A stretch of DNA of 64,000 nucleotides from an uncultured Sphaerobacteraceae bacterium (GTDB lineage Bacteria > Chloroflexota > Chloroflexia > Thermomicrobiales > UBA6265): the NCBI GenBank assembly GCA_964461025.1, contig CAYWSE010000007.1:1260-65259 (forward strand). Direction: 5' to 3'. The notes beneath the pieces were generated by a model. That model was not told where the DNA came from. It ran no database searches and was given only the letters and a program-made list of their open reading frames with translations. Below are positions 18,213 to 27,425 of this stretch, piece by piece (the stretch's first letter is position 1; each line of letters starts with the position of its first letter). The translations under genes and the position numbers were made by a program.

Positions 18213-19001
18213 GTGGTTGCTGGCGCGAACCCCAACTCCACCAATGGGAACCAACGAGTCGAAGTGCTCGGGCCAATTCCAACGGTCTCGCTGGTGCCGG
18301 AAGTGCACAACCGGTTGCAGCAGTACATCGCCGAAAACCACCTGCAACCGGGCGATCGCCTGCCATCTGAGTCCGCTCTGGCAGAGGCGATGGGCGTGGG
18401 CCGTCCCCTGATACGCGAGGCGCTGCGAGGACTGGAAACGGTTGGACTGATCGAAACGCGCAAAGGCGTCGGCCGGTTCGTCCGTGCGTTCGATGTCGAG
18501 TCCTATCTCGGTCACTTCACGTCCGACGTGCTCGCTCATTCCTTTTCGGTCAACGATTTGGCCGAGGCGCGCTGTCTCCTCGAGATCGCATCGGTCAGCA
18601 ACGCGGTCGAGTTGCTCACCGACGACGATTGCCAGCAGATTGCCGCGTATATCGACACCATGCGGCGAAATGCAGAGGAAGGCATGAGAGACTCAGACAG
18701 CGACATCGGTATGCACCGGGTGATCATGAACCGCGCCGACAACCGGATCATTGCAGCGCTCCTCGATGCCGTCTACACCCTGGGAAATGTCGTTGATGCG
18801 GCGCAATCGCAAGAAATGCGCGAGCAGGATTTCAAAGAACACGAGAGAATTGCGGAAGCAGCCTATCAGCGAGATGGAGAAGCCGCGAGAGCGGCGCTCA
18901 TTGCGCATTTCGAGACCACCGCGTCGCGTGTCGGGTTCCGTCCACTCTGGCGGAATCTGAACAGAAAGGAGAGCGCCGGCTTTGCACCTGTCGCTGGGTA
19001 G
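18213..19001 (+). CDS. GntR/FadR-family transcriptional regulator
   Basis: Winged-helix segment LQQYIAENHLQPGDRLPSESALAEAMGVGRPLIREALRGLETVGLIETRKGVGRFV, then a helical FCD-like C-terminal domain. The start is GTG 18213 (GAGGA 8 nt upstream), because the track start at 18150 lies on the -35 box. Confidence 0.8.
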   Translation: MVAGANPNSTNGNQRVEVLGPIPTVSLVPEVHNRLQQYIAENHLQPGDRLPSESALAEAMGVGRPLIREALRGLETVGLIETRKGVGRFVRAFDVESYLGHFTSDVLAHSFSVNDLAEARCLLEIASVSNAVELLTDDDCQQIAAYIDTMRRNAEEGMRDSDSDIGMHRVIMNRADNRIIAALLDAVYTLGNVVDAAQSQEMREQDFKEHERIAEAAYQRDGEAARAALIAHFETTASRVGFRPLWRNLNRKESAGFAPVAG

Positions 19002-19071
19002 AGCAGCGACGCAACTCTTCAACCTTTGGCTCAAATGAGCGGCTGTATTCGTCGACAACGAGGAGAATGGC

Positions 19072-20751
19072 ATGGAAAAGGCAAGACTTGGAATCGACAC
19101 GCTCATTGCTGGCGCGGCATCAGGTGAGATGTCCCGTCGCGACATCATCAAGGGTGCGGCGGCGCTCGGCATGGGCGCCACGTTCGGCATCGCACTGGCG
19201 GGCGCTTCGGGCGTTGGCGCCCAGGAAGGCATGACGCTGACATTCGACGCCGGCGCGACGCAAGGCGGCGGCGGTCGCCCCAACACCGAGCACCCGGCGT
19301 ATAGCTTCATCATTAACGGCGGCAGCCAGTTCGAGATCAACCGGATGGTCGATGCACGATTAGTGACCCTCTCTGCCGACCTTCAGGAGTGGGTCGGCGA
19401 TCTCGCCGAAAGCTGGGAAGTCGTCGACGACGTCTACACGTTCAAGCTGCGTGAGAATGCCGTCTGGCACGATGGTACGCCGGTGACCGCAAAGGACGTC
19501 GTCTTCACGATCAATCTTCTCACCGATCCGGCGACGACCTCCCGCTGGGGATCGTCGTTCCGCAACGTTGTCGGGTATGCCGAGGCACAGGAAGCCGAGA
19601 CGCCGACGTCGCTGACCGGCGTCACCGCACCGGACGACTACACCGTGCAGATCGAACTGGCCCAGGCCGATTCCGGCATGCTGTCCGGTTTCATCTTCAT
19701 TAACATCCTGCCCGAGCACGTGCTGGGAACAGCCGACCGGGCCACGATCACCGAACTGCCCTACTGGACAACCTCTGAGCGCGTCGGCGCCGGGCCGTTC
19801 AAGTTCGTGCAGTTGGTGGAAGGCGAGCGCGTCGAGCTGGTGGCTCACGAGCAGTACCATCACGGCGCTCCGGCGGTCAAGAATCTGAATCTCCTCTTCT
19901 TCGCCAGTGCCGCGACCTCGCTTGCCGCGCTGCAGGAAGGGTCGAACCTCGTGGCGCCAATGTCGGTGGCCGAGCTGGAGCTTGTCGAGGGAACGGAAGG
20001 CGCTGAGGTTGTCGGCTTTCCCGCCGGGGTCGGCGTGATCTTCTACAACACATTGCAGCCCGAGCTCAATGACAAGCGTGTCCGTCAGGCGATGGCTTAT
20101 GCGATCGACAAGGTGACGATCTGCGAAACACTCTTCCAGGGTTACGCCAGTCCGGTATCGACTGAGATTCCGTACGTCACGTGGGCACAGCCAGACGATG
20201 CCAATCCATACGATTACGACCCAGAAAAAGCCAAGGAGCTCCTCGCGGAGGCTGGCTGGACTGGCGAGCGAACGCTTGGCTTCTGGTACTACTACACCGA
20301 CCCAATCACCGCGCTGGTGATGGAAGCAATGCAGCAGTATCTTGCCGCCGTCGGCATCAACACCGAGTTGAAGTTCGACGATGGCTCAGGCGTGCGCACG
20401 CAGGAGATCGCCGACAAGACGTGGGATATGACCTATGGCTCGTTCGGCGCGCAGCCATCACCGGCCAACCTGACGGCCGTCTGGGGTCCTCCTGGCGAGG
20501 TGACCTACGGTTGGCTGAACGACGACTTCAACGCCGAGATGGACGCCGCATTGCTCACCTACGACCGGGACGAGCAGGCCGTCCACTATCAGAATGCAAT
20601 CCGCATTCTGAACGAAGAGTCGCCCTCAGTCTGGCTGTACGACCGTCGGAATTTGATCGCCCTGAACTCAGCCAGACTGCAGAACTCGGTGTGGGGACCT
20701 GGGCACATCTACTGGGCCAACCGCGCATTCGAGTGGACAGTCGCCGAGTAA
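19072..20751 (+). CDS. ABC transporter substrate-binding protein, family 5 (peptide/opine/oligosaccharide type), Tat signal
   Basis: Twin-arginine leader SRRDIIKGAAALGMGATFGIALAGASGVGAQ. Family-5 core YTFKLRENAVWHDGTPVTAKDVVFT. Confidence 0.85.
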   Translation: MEKARLGIDTLIAGAASGEMSRRDIIKGAAALGMGATFGIALAGASGVGAQEGMTLTFDAGATQGGGGRPNTEHPAYSFIINGGSQFEINRMVDARLVTLSADLQEWVGDLAESWEVVDDVYTFKLRENAVWHDGTPVTAKDVVFTINLLTDPATTSRWGSSFRNVVGYAEAQEAETPTSLTGVTAPDDYTVQIELAQADSGMLSGFIFINILPEHVLGTADRATITELPYWTTSERVGAGPFKFVQLVEGERVELVAHEQYHHGAPAVKNLNLLFFASAATSLAALQEGSNLVAPMSVAELELVEGTEGAEVVGFPAGVGVIFYNTLQPELNDKRVRQAMAYAIDKVTICETLFQGYASPVSTEIPYVTWAQPDDANPYDYDPEKAKELLAEAGWTGERTLGFWYYYTDPITALVMEAMQQYLAAVGINTELKFDDGSGVRTQEIADKTWDMTYGSFGAQPSPANLTAVWGPPGEVTYGWLNDDFNAEMDAALLTYDRDEQAVHYQNAIRILNEESPSVWLYDRRNLIALNSARLQNSVWGPGHIYWANRAFEWTVAE

Positions 20752-20774
20752 AGGCGCACGCAACGTGAATCGCG

Positions 20775-20798
20775 GGGAGGAGAGTCGACTCTCCTCCC
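20775..20798 (+). terminator. Perfect 10-bp stem-loop between the binding-protein and permease genes (partial terminator or mRNA stabiliser)
   Basis: GGGAGGAGAG-TCGA-CTCTCCTCCC, 24 nt after the stop of 19072..20751. The downstream sequence is only moderately T-rich. Confidence 0.45.
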
Positions 20799-20886
20799 TG
20801 CTTCCACCGTCGTTTGCTCTTCCATTGATCTTTGCAAAGCACGACACCGACCGTCTCGCATGAACAGGGTGCCGGGAATCTGAGGC

Positions 20887-21843
20887 GTGACAACCTATCT
20901 CATCCATCGTTTGCTCCATGCCATCACGATCATGCTTGGCATCAGCATTCTCGTTTTCGCCTTCGTCGAGCTGGCCCCGGGCGATGCGATCGATGCGATG
21001 ATGCCTCCCGAAACCTTCGCGACTCCGGAGGCGAAAGAAGCAGCGCGCGAGCGGCTGGGGCTGAATGACCCAGCGCCACTGCGTTATGTGCAGTGGCTCG
21101 GCCGGGCTGTCACCGGCGATCTCGGCTACTCGCTGACTTCGCGGCAACCGGTCACCGACATCATCATGGTTCGGCTTCCGAAAACACTTCAGCTGGTCGG
21201 CACCGCAATGGTTTTCTCGATCATCGTGGGAGTGTCGACCGGAATCATCTCGGCACTTCGCCAATACACCTGGATCGACTACGCCGCGACCTTTTTCTCT
21301 TTCTTCTGGTTGTCCGTGCCGGGATTCTTTCTCGGGTTGATGATGATCTATCTATTTGCCGTGAAATTGAACTGGTTTCCTGTCTTCGGCGCATCGTCGC
21401 CGGGCGCCGACTACCCGATTCTCGACCGCCTGCATCATCTGGTCCTGCCTTCCGTCGTTATCGGGCTCGATTTGGCCGCGGCGCTGACGCGCTACACCCG
21501 CGCCAGTCTGTTGGAGGTCATGCGAGCCGACTACATGCGAACCGCCCGCGCCAAAGGTTTGAAAGAGCGCATCGTCATTGTCCGTCATGGATTGAAGAAC
21601 GCCTTGATCCCGATCATCACTGTCGTCGCCTTTCGCATGCCATACCTGATCAGCGGCGCGGTGGTCATTGAAACCGTTTTCCAGTGGCCCGGCCTGGGAT
21701 TGCTGACCCTCAACGCCGCCAACCAGAAAGACTATCCGCTGGTGCTGGCCCTTGCCCTGGCCGTGACCATCATCGTCGTCGTCAGCAGCTTTCTCGCCGA
21801 CATTGCCTACAGCATCGTCGATCCAAGGATTCGGATCGGATGA
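20887..21843 (+). CDS. ABC transporter permease (DppB/OppB-like)
   Basis: GTG start. Typical N-terminus YLIHRLLHAITIMLGISILVFAFVELAPGD and EAA-loop region YMRTARAKGLKERIVIVRHGLKNALIPI. Confidence 0.85.
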   Translation: MTTYLIHRLLHAITIMLGISILVFAFVELAPGDAIDAMMPPETFATPEAKEAARERLGLNDPAPLRYVQWLGRAVTGDLGYSLTSRQPVTDIIMVRLPKTLQLVGTAMVFSIIVGVSTGIISALRQYTWIDYAATFFSFFWLSVPGFFLGLMMIYLFAVKLNWFPVFGASSPGADYPILDRLHHLVLPSVVIGLDLAAALTRYTRASLLEVMRADYMRTARAKGLKERIVIVRHGLKNALIPIITVVAFRMPYLISGAVVIETVFQWPGLGLLTLNAANQKDYPLVLALALAVTIIVVVSSFLADIAYSIVDPRIRIG

Positions 21844-22739
21844 GCGCTCTCGCGTCGACCTCCGCGCTTACCTCGCCCGATACGGCGACGCTGACCCGCG
21901 TACGCCAGCGGGCGAGCTTCTGGAAGCGTCTGGCCAGACATCGCGTCGCGCTGGTGAGTCTTTTCTTCCTGGCGTTCATGGGTTTGGCTGCGCTGCTGAC
22001 GCCCTACGTCTCGCCATACGATCCCTATGCCATGAGTCTCGGGGAAGGGGGCAAAACGCCGAGTCTGGAGCACCCTCTTGGCACAGACAAACTCGGCCGG
22101 GACACGTTGACGCGCGTCTTTGTAGGCGGCAGGGTGTCGATTGCCGTCGCCCTGAGTGCCGTCGCCATCAGCTCTTCGCTCGGCACCGTGCTGGGGCTCA
22201 TCGCTGGTTTTCGCGGGGGATGGGTCGATGCCCTCATCATGCGTGTCACCGACGTGTTCATGGCATTCCCAATCTTCGTGCTGCTGATCGTCCTGGTGTC
22301 GATGCTCGGTTCCAGCGCGAAGAACATCGTGCTGATCATCGGCTTGCTTAGCTGGATGGGTGTTGCGCGGCTGGTGCGAGGGCAGGTGCTTTCGGTGATG
22401 AACGAGCCGTATATCGAATCGGCGACGTCGACCGGAGCCCGTTCGAGTCAGTTGCTTCTGAGGCATGTCCTGCCGAACAGCTACATCCCGATCGTCGTTG
22501 CCAGCACCCTTGGCGTGGCGAATGCCATGTTGCAGGAAGCAGCGTTGAGCTTCCTCGGTCTGGGCATTCAGCCGCCCACCCCGTCCTGGGGAAACATGCT
22601 GAACTCCGCTCAATCTCTTCAGGTGTTGGTGAATGAACCGTGGGTCTGGATTGGGCCCGGGCTCGCAATTGCCCTGACGGTGCTGGCGATCAACTTCCTT
22701 GGAGACGGTCTGCGCGACGCACTCGACCCGCACGCCTGA
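21840..22739 (+). CDS. ABC transporter permease (DppC/OppC-like)
   Basis: ATG 21840 overlaps the upstream stop (ATGA). Motifs HPLGTDKLGRDTLTRVFVGGR and YIESATSTGARSSQLLLRHVLPN. The track's 21684 start is an out-of-context Arg-rich extension. Confidence 0.85.
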   Translation: MSALASTSALTSPDTATLTRVRQRASFWKRLARHRVALVSLFFLAFMGLAALLTPYVSPYDPYAMSLGEGGKTPSLEHPLGTDKLGRDTLTRVFVGGRVSIAVALSAVAISSSLGTVLGLIAGFRGGWVDALIMRVTDVFMAFPIFVLLIVLVSMLGSSAKNIVLIIGLLSWMGVARLVRGQVLSVMNEPYIESATSTGARSSQLLLRHVLPNSYIPIVVASTLGVANAMLQEAALSFLGLGIQPPTPSWGNMLNSAQSLQVLVNEPWVWIGPGLAIALTVLAINFLGDGLRDALDPHA

Positions 22740-22775
22740 ACGGCGACGGCATTTGACTGACTGGAGTCACATCAC

Positions 22776-24353
22776 GTGTTCGATACAGTGATCAGGAACG
22801 GATCGATTGTCGATGGCTCTGGCGCGGTAGCCGCGTTCAGGGCCGACGTCGGGATTCGCGACGGTCAGATCGGCGCAATCGGGCAACTCGCGGAAGATGA
22901 GGCTCGTGAGATCATCGATGCGACCGGTTTGACGGTCGCACCGGGGTTCATCGACGTCCACATCCATTCGGAAATCGCGCTGCTCACCCCGGGCAACCCC
23001 GGCCGGTACGGTGCTTTGAAGCAAGGCGTGACGACGCAGCTTCTCGCTCCGGACGGTTTCGGTTGGGCGCATTTGAACGATGACGAACGCGCCGAAATGT
23101 GGGAGTACACGGCGTTCTCGACCGGCAAGGCCGATCTCGGCCCTCCCTGGCCGCATGCTGCCGACTATCTGGCGCTCTTCGATGGCAACACGCCGGCGAA
23201 TGTCGTTCCCCAAATTCCTCATCTGCCGATCCGTCAGGCGGTGATGGGTTGGGAGTCGCGCGCCGCGACGGAGGATGAAATTTCCGGTATGAAGGGGCTC
23301 GTCGAGGAGTGGCTCGACGCCGGCGCTGTCGCGTTCAATACCGGACTCGACTATCAACCCGTCGCCTACGCGGACACACATGAATTGGTCGAGCTCAGCA
23401 GGATGGCCGCGGAAGCGGGTGCGATCTACGCCGCGCACATTCGCTACGGCATTCTCGGTCGCGAGGGGGCGTGGCGAGAAACGTTCGCCATCTCCGAACA
23501 GGCCGGCATTCCGGTCCACTTTTCGCATGAAAACGTCGATGACGAGACCCGTCCCCTGCTCGAGGAAGCAGTGGGACGGGTCGATCTGAGCTTCGAGTCG
23601 TATTGCTACCCAGCGGGATGTACCCACCTGGCCCAGATGCTGCCGACCTGGGCGCAGGCCGGTGGTCCGGATGCGGTCGTTGAGCGATTGCAGGACCGGA
23701 ACGTTCGGGAAGCGCTGACTGCCTACCTCGAAGACCGGTTGACGATCGACGAAAGCCGGCCCGCCAAGCTCGTGATCGCCGCCAACCAGAGCGGTCAATA
23801 CATCGGACGTTCGCTCGCTGACGTCGCTTCCGAGAAGTCATTGCCGATCGGTGAAGCGGCCATCGAGATGCTGATCGACGAGCATCCGTATGCGCTGATG
23901 GTTTTTCACCGCCGCATGACGCCAGAGCAGAATCGCGAGCGGGTCCGCGAAACGATCGCCCATCCATTGATGATGGTGGCCAGCGACGGCATTTATCACG
24001 GCAGCTTCAGTCACCCGCGATCGAACGGCTGTTTCGCCCAGGCGCTCCGTTTGGGTTGGCGCGAGCTTGGCGCCGTCACCCTCGAACAGGCGGTTCACAA
24101 GATGAGTGGGTTCCCGGCGACGCGATTCAAGGTTGCCGGCCGCGGTTTCTGTCGGGACGGCTATGCCGCCGATCTCGTGATCTTCGACGCCGACACTGTT
24201 GCGGACGGCGCCACCTGGGAAGATCCGCTACGGGGACCGATCGGTGTCTCGCGAGTGATGGTGAATGGCCAGTGGGTTGTTGTCGACGGCGAGCCGACCG
24301 GAAATCTGCCGGGTCAGGTGCTGAGACGGCAGGACTGGGTGGCGCCGGCATGA
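22776..24353 (+). CDS. Amidohydrolase, N-acyl-D-amino-acid deacylase (D-aminoacylase)-like
   Basis: FDTVIRNGSIVDGSGAVAAFRADVGIRDGQIGAIG...APGFIDVHIHSE is the typical D-aminoacylase N-terminus with the HxH metal site. Also SDGIYHG and DLVIFD near the C-terminus. GGAG lies 9 nt upstream of the GTG. Confidence 0.75.
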   Translation: MFDTVIRNGSIVDGSGAVAAFRADVGIRDGQIGAIGQLAEDEAREIIDATGLTVAPGFIDVHIHSEIALLTPGNPGRYGALKQGVTTQLLAPDGFGWAHLNDDERAEMWEYTAFSTGKADLGPPWPHAADYLALFDGNTPANVVPQIPHLPIRQAVMGWESRAATEDEISGMKGLVEEWLDAGAVAFNTGLDYQPVAYADTHELVELSRMAAEAGAIYAAHIRYGILGREGAWRETFAISEQAGIPVHFSHENVDDETRPLLEEAVGRVDLSFESYCYPAGCTHLAQMLPTWAQAGGPDAVVERLQDRNVREALTAYLEDRLTIDESRPAKLVIAANQSGQYIGRSLADVASEKSLPIGEAAIEMLIDEHPYALMVFHRRMTPEQNRERVRETIAHPLMMVASDGIYHGSFSHPRSNGCFAQALRLGWRELGAVTLEQAVHKMSGFPATRFKVAGRGFCRDGYAADLVIFDADTVADGATWEDPLRGPIGVSRVMVNGQWVVVDGEPTGNLPGQVLRRQDWVAPA

Positions 24354-25441
24354 ACGCGAGACTGCGGACCGTCATTGTCGGCCTGAATCACTACCACGTC
24401 ACCGGCTGGGTCGAGTCTCTGGCCGCATTTCAGGATGCCATCGAGATCGTCGGTCGGTATGACCCCGATCCGGCACGTGAGTCGGCGGATGCGCCAGACT
24501 TCTCCGATCCGAATCTCTCCCAGGCCTTCCCAGCCTGGCTCTCGGAAGTGCCATTCTGGAGCGATCTCGACGCCATGATCGCCTCGGTCCGCCCCGAGCT
24601 GGCGCTCATCACGTTGCCGAATGTCGCCGTTCCGGATGCGGTTGCCCGGCTCGGCGCCACAGGAACGCACCTGCTCGTCGACAAGCCCGGCGGAGCGAAT
24701 GCCGTCGATGCGGCCGCGGCCATGAAGACTGCGCGCGATCATGGCGCGAAGGTCGCGGTGGCGTTCACACGACGGCACGGTCATCCCTGGCGGCAGGTCG
24801 CAAGGGAGATCGAGTCCGGACGCCTGGGCCGCGTCATGACGGTCGAAGCGGTGTTCACTACCTCGTCAGTCGTCGTTCGTAATCCCGACAATCACATCTT
24901 CGACAAGTCACTGATGGGCGGCGGCATTCTCAGCTGGCTCGGCGTCCATGACGTCGATTTGATCCACTGGCTGACCGGCGAACGGATGGACACTGTCCAG
25001 GCCATGACCGCCACAGCCACCTCCGCCGAAATCGACGTCGAGGACACGATTTCCATCGCATTCCGTCTCAAGGGCGGCGCGCTTGGCACGATGCACTTTG
25101 CGTATGCGCTGCCGCGACAGGGCGGCGAGGGCTATGTGGCGATACGTGGCACGAATGCGTCGGTGCGTATCGACGCCAGTGGCGCAACGACCTGGATCGG
25201 GGCGGGAACGGCGGTAGATCCTCTCCTCACGGAGAACATCACAAGTGAATCGATTCGACTGCCGGGCTACGGAACCGTCGGTTCTCTAATCGTTCGCGAC
25301 CTGCTCGACGCCATCGCCGAAGACCGGGATCCCAGGGCGACCGGCGAGGATGCCGTCGCGGCGCTGCAGGTGATCGATGCGGCATATGCCTCGGCGTCTC
25401 AATCCGGCAGGCGAGTGACCATCGATTGGGGGGAACTGTGA
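24350..25441 (+). CDS. Gfo/Idh/MocA-family oxidoreductase (atypical N-terminal dinucleotide motif)
   Basis: ATG 24350 overlaps the upstream stop (ATGA). It starts MNARLRTVIVGLNHYHVTGWVESLAAF. The C-terminal alpha/beta dimerisation domain is typical of the family. It is a paralog of 38169..39254. Confidence 0.75.
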   Translation: MNARLRTVIVGLNHYHVTGWVESLAAFQDAIEIVGRYDPDPARESADAPDFSDPNLSQAFPAWLSEVPFWSDLDAMIASVRPELALITLPNVAVPDAVARLGATGTHLLVDKPGGANAVDAAAAMKTARDHGAKVAVAFTRRHGHPWRQVAREIESGRLGRVMTVEAVFTTSSVVVRNPDNHIFDKSLMGGGILSWLGVHDVDLIHWLTGERMDTVQAMTATATSAEIDVEDTISIAFRLKGGALGTMHFAYALPRQGGEGYVAIRGTNASVRIDASGATTWIGAGTAVDPLLTENITSESIRLPGYGTVGSLIVRDLLDAIAEDRDPRATGEDAVAALQVIDAAYASASQSGRRVTIDWGEL

Positions 25442-26364
25442 CCGAAACACTGAAGGGTGTCTGGGTCGCAATGCCGACGCCATGGCAGTCCGATGGAACG
25501 GTCGATTCGGGTGTCGTCCGGGAGATCGTAGCGCGCTACGCCGCAGCTGGACTCGACGGCGCCTACACCACGGGCACCGACGGCGAGCTGCATGTTATGG
25601 AGCTCGACGAGCTCGCCCAGCTCGTGCCCCCATTTGCGGAGGCAGCGTCTGCAGCCGGACTGCCGGTGCAAGTAGGTTGCGGTTGGCAACACACCAAGGG
25701 CGTCATCGACCGCGGCCGGGTCGCGGCGGCAAACGGTGTGGGGATCATTCAGCTCACCCTCCCCTCCTGGATTCCACTCAACGACGACGAGCTGTTGCGC
25801 TTCTATGGCGCGATCCAGACCGCGCTACCGGAAACACTCCTGATTCATTACAACATCTTGCGAAGCGGCCGTATGTTGACAGGGCGGGATTATCTCCGTG
25901 TGCTCGAGGTGGCGCCGAATCTGGCCGGCAGCAAGCATACGGGCGGCAGCACAGCGGCACTCTCCGAAATCATCGACGCCACGCCCCATCTCGCCCACTT
26001 TGCCGTCGACGCCGATATCGTGACCGGGGCGATGGTCGGATCACCCGGCTATTACAGCTTCATCGCCAATCTCTCACCCGGCTTCGCGTTACAGATGATG
26101 GCCGCATGCGACAGGAAAGACTGGGACGAAGCAGCGAAGTACGGCGTCTACTGCCGCCGGTTTTTCCGCAGCTGGCTGGCGCTCTGTCCAGATATCAATT
26201 CGTCGTCCGCGCTCGGGAAGATCGCGACGCGAGCCGGGATCTGTCCAGACATGCCTCTGGCGATCAAGGAGCCCTACATCAGCGGCGCGGAACGACATGT
26301 CAACGAGCTGCGCGAACTGGTCGCGCGGGAGTTTCCTGAGCTGGCGGAGGGCCAGCTGCGGTAA
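25438..26364 (+). CDS. DHDPS/N-acetylneuraminate-lyase-family class I aldolase
   Basis: GTGA overlap with the upstream stop. Motifs YTTGTDGE (GTTGE-like), HYNI (Tyr) and LAGSKHTGGS (Schiff-base Lys). Confidence 0.75.
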   Translation: MTETLKGVWVAMPTPWQSDGTVDSGVVREIVARYAAAGLDGAYTTGTDGELHVMELDELAQLVPPFAEAASAAGLPVQVGCGWQHTKGVIDRGRVAAANGVGIIQLTLPSWIPLNDDELLRFYGAIQTALPETLLIHYNILRSGRMLTGRDYLRVLEVAPNLAGSKHTGGSTAALSEIIDATPHLAHFAVDADIVTGAMVGSPGYYSFIANLSPGFALQMMAACDRKDWDEAAKYGVYCRRFFRSWLALCPDINSSSALGKIATRAGICPDMPLAIKEPYISGAERHVNELRELVAREFPELAEGQLR

Positions 26365-26374
26365 GTCACGAGGG

Positions 26375-27424
26375 ATGGGAGCGCACGTGTACCGATTTGG
26401 CATCGTGGGATTGAGCTGGATCACATCCGACCCGTCAGGAGAAGCGACGCATCGGGTGCTCGGGACGGCCATGCCCGGCACACACCTTTCCGGCATGGCC
26501 AATCTACCGGAGGTTCAGGTCGTTGCCGGTTGCGACATCAGCGCCGACGCCCGGCAGCTTTTCGTCGAGCGCTGGGACGCCACCTGGCCCGGACTGGCAG
26601 TCTTCGATGACTACCACCGCATGCTGGACGAGCTCGATCTCGACATCGTTTGTGTGGCGACGCCCGACAATCTGCACGCCGAGGTCGTCATCGCAGCGGC
26701 AAACGCCGGCGTCAAGGGCATCTTCTGCGAGAAGCCGATGTCGACGCACACTGATGAGGTCGATGAGATGATCGCCGCCCTCGATGCAAACGGCGTCGTC
26801 TGCAGCGTCAATCACACACGACGCTGGATGCCGAACTATGTTGCGGCGCGCGAGGTCATCCGGTCGGGAGCGATAGGCAACGTCGCGACGGTGACGGGCA
26901 GACTGGGCGGCGAACGAGCGATGCTCTGGCGCAACCACAGTCATATGATCGATCTGCTCAATTACTTCGCCGAGGGCACGCCCGAGTGGGTCATTGGTGA
27001 GCTGGAAACCGGATTCGAGGACTACGGCCTGCGCTACCACGGCGACGGCGGACGCGACGCCGCGCTCGAACCCGGCGCGAACGCCTACATCGCCTGGGAC
27101 AACGGCGTCCGCGGCTTTCTGGTTGGAGAAAAGCGCGGACTCTCCGCGTTGAACGTCGAGATCAGCGGCGCAACGGGCCGGGTTGTTGTCAACGACCAAA
27201 CGGCGTTTCTCGATCAATTGACCGAGAGCGGGCTCAAATCGAGCCCAATCATTCCCAGGTACTCAATGGGTGGCATGCAGGCAGCGGTTGCCGATCTGAT
27301 CCATGCCGTTTCAACTGGAGAGACGCCGCAATCGCCGCCGTCGGAAGCGCGGAAAACCGTGGCGATCATCGACGGCATTCTGGCGTCGCAAGCGAACGGC
27401 AATGTGCGCGTGGCGGTTCCCTGA
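26375..27424 (+). CDS. Gfo/Idh/MocA-family oxidoreductase
   Basis: RFGIVGLSWI...VVAGCDI...VCVATPDNLHAEVVIAAANAGVKGIFCEKPM is the canonical family N-domain including EKP. The start is ATG 26375 or GTG 26387. Confidence 0.8.
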   Translation: MGAHVYRFGIVGLSWITSDPSGEATHRVLGTAMPGTHLSGMANLPEVQVVAGCDISADARQLFVERWDATWPGLAVFDDYHRMLDELDLDIVCVATPDNLHAEVVIAAANAGVKGIFCEKPMSTHTDEVDEMIAALDANGVVCSVNHTRRWMPNYVAAREVIRSGAIGNVATVTGRLGGERAMLWRNHSHMIDLLNYFAEGTPEWVIGELETGFEDYGLRYHGDGGRDAALEPGANAYIAWDNGVRGFLVGEKRGLSALNVEISGATGRVVVNDQTAFLDQLTESGLKSSPIIPRYSMGGMQAAVADLIHAVSTGETPQSPPSEARKTVAIIDGILASQANGNVRVAVP

Positions 27425-27425
27425 G

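Noticed and set aside
21684-21839. Upstream extensions of track ORFs: 21684 start for dppC, 24056 for the oxidoreductase, 26297, 27303, 31437, 18150, 36623 and 43984
   Set aside because: The extensions lie inside the preceding gene or promoter, are Arg-rich, and are followed by internal starts with ATGA, GTGA or TGATG coupling or a good RBS.
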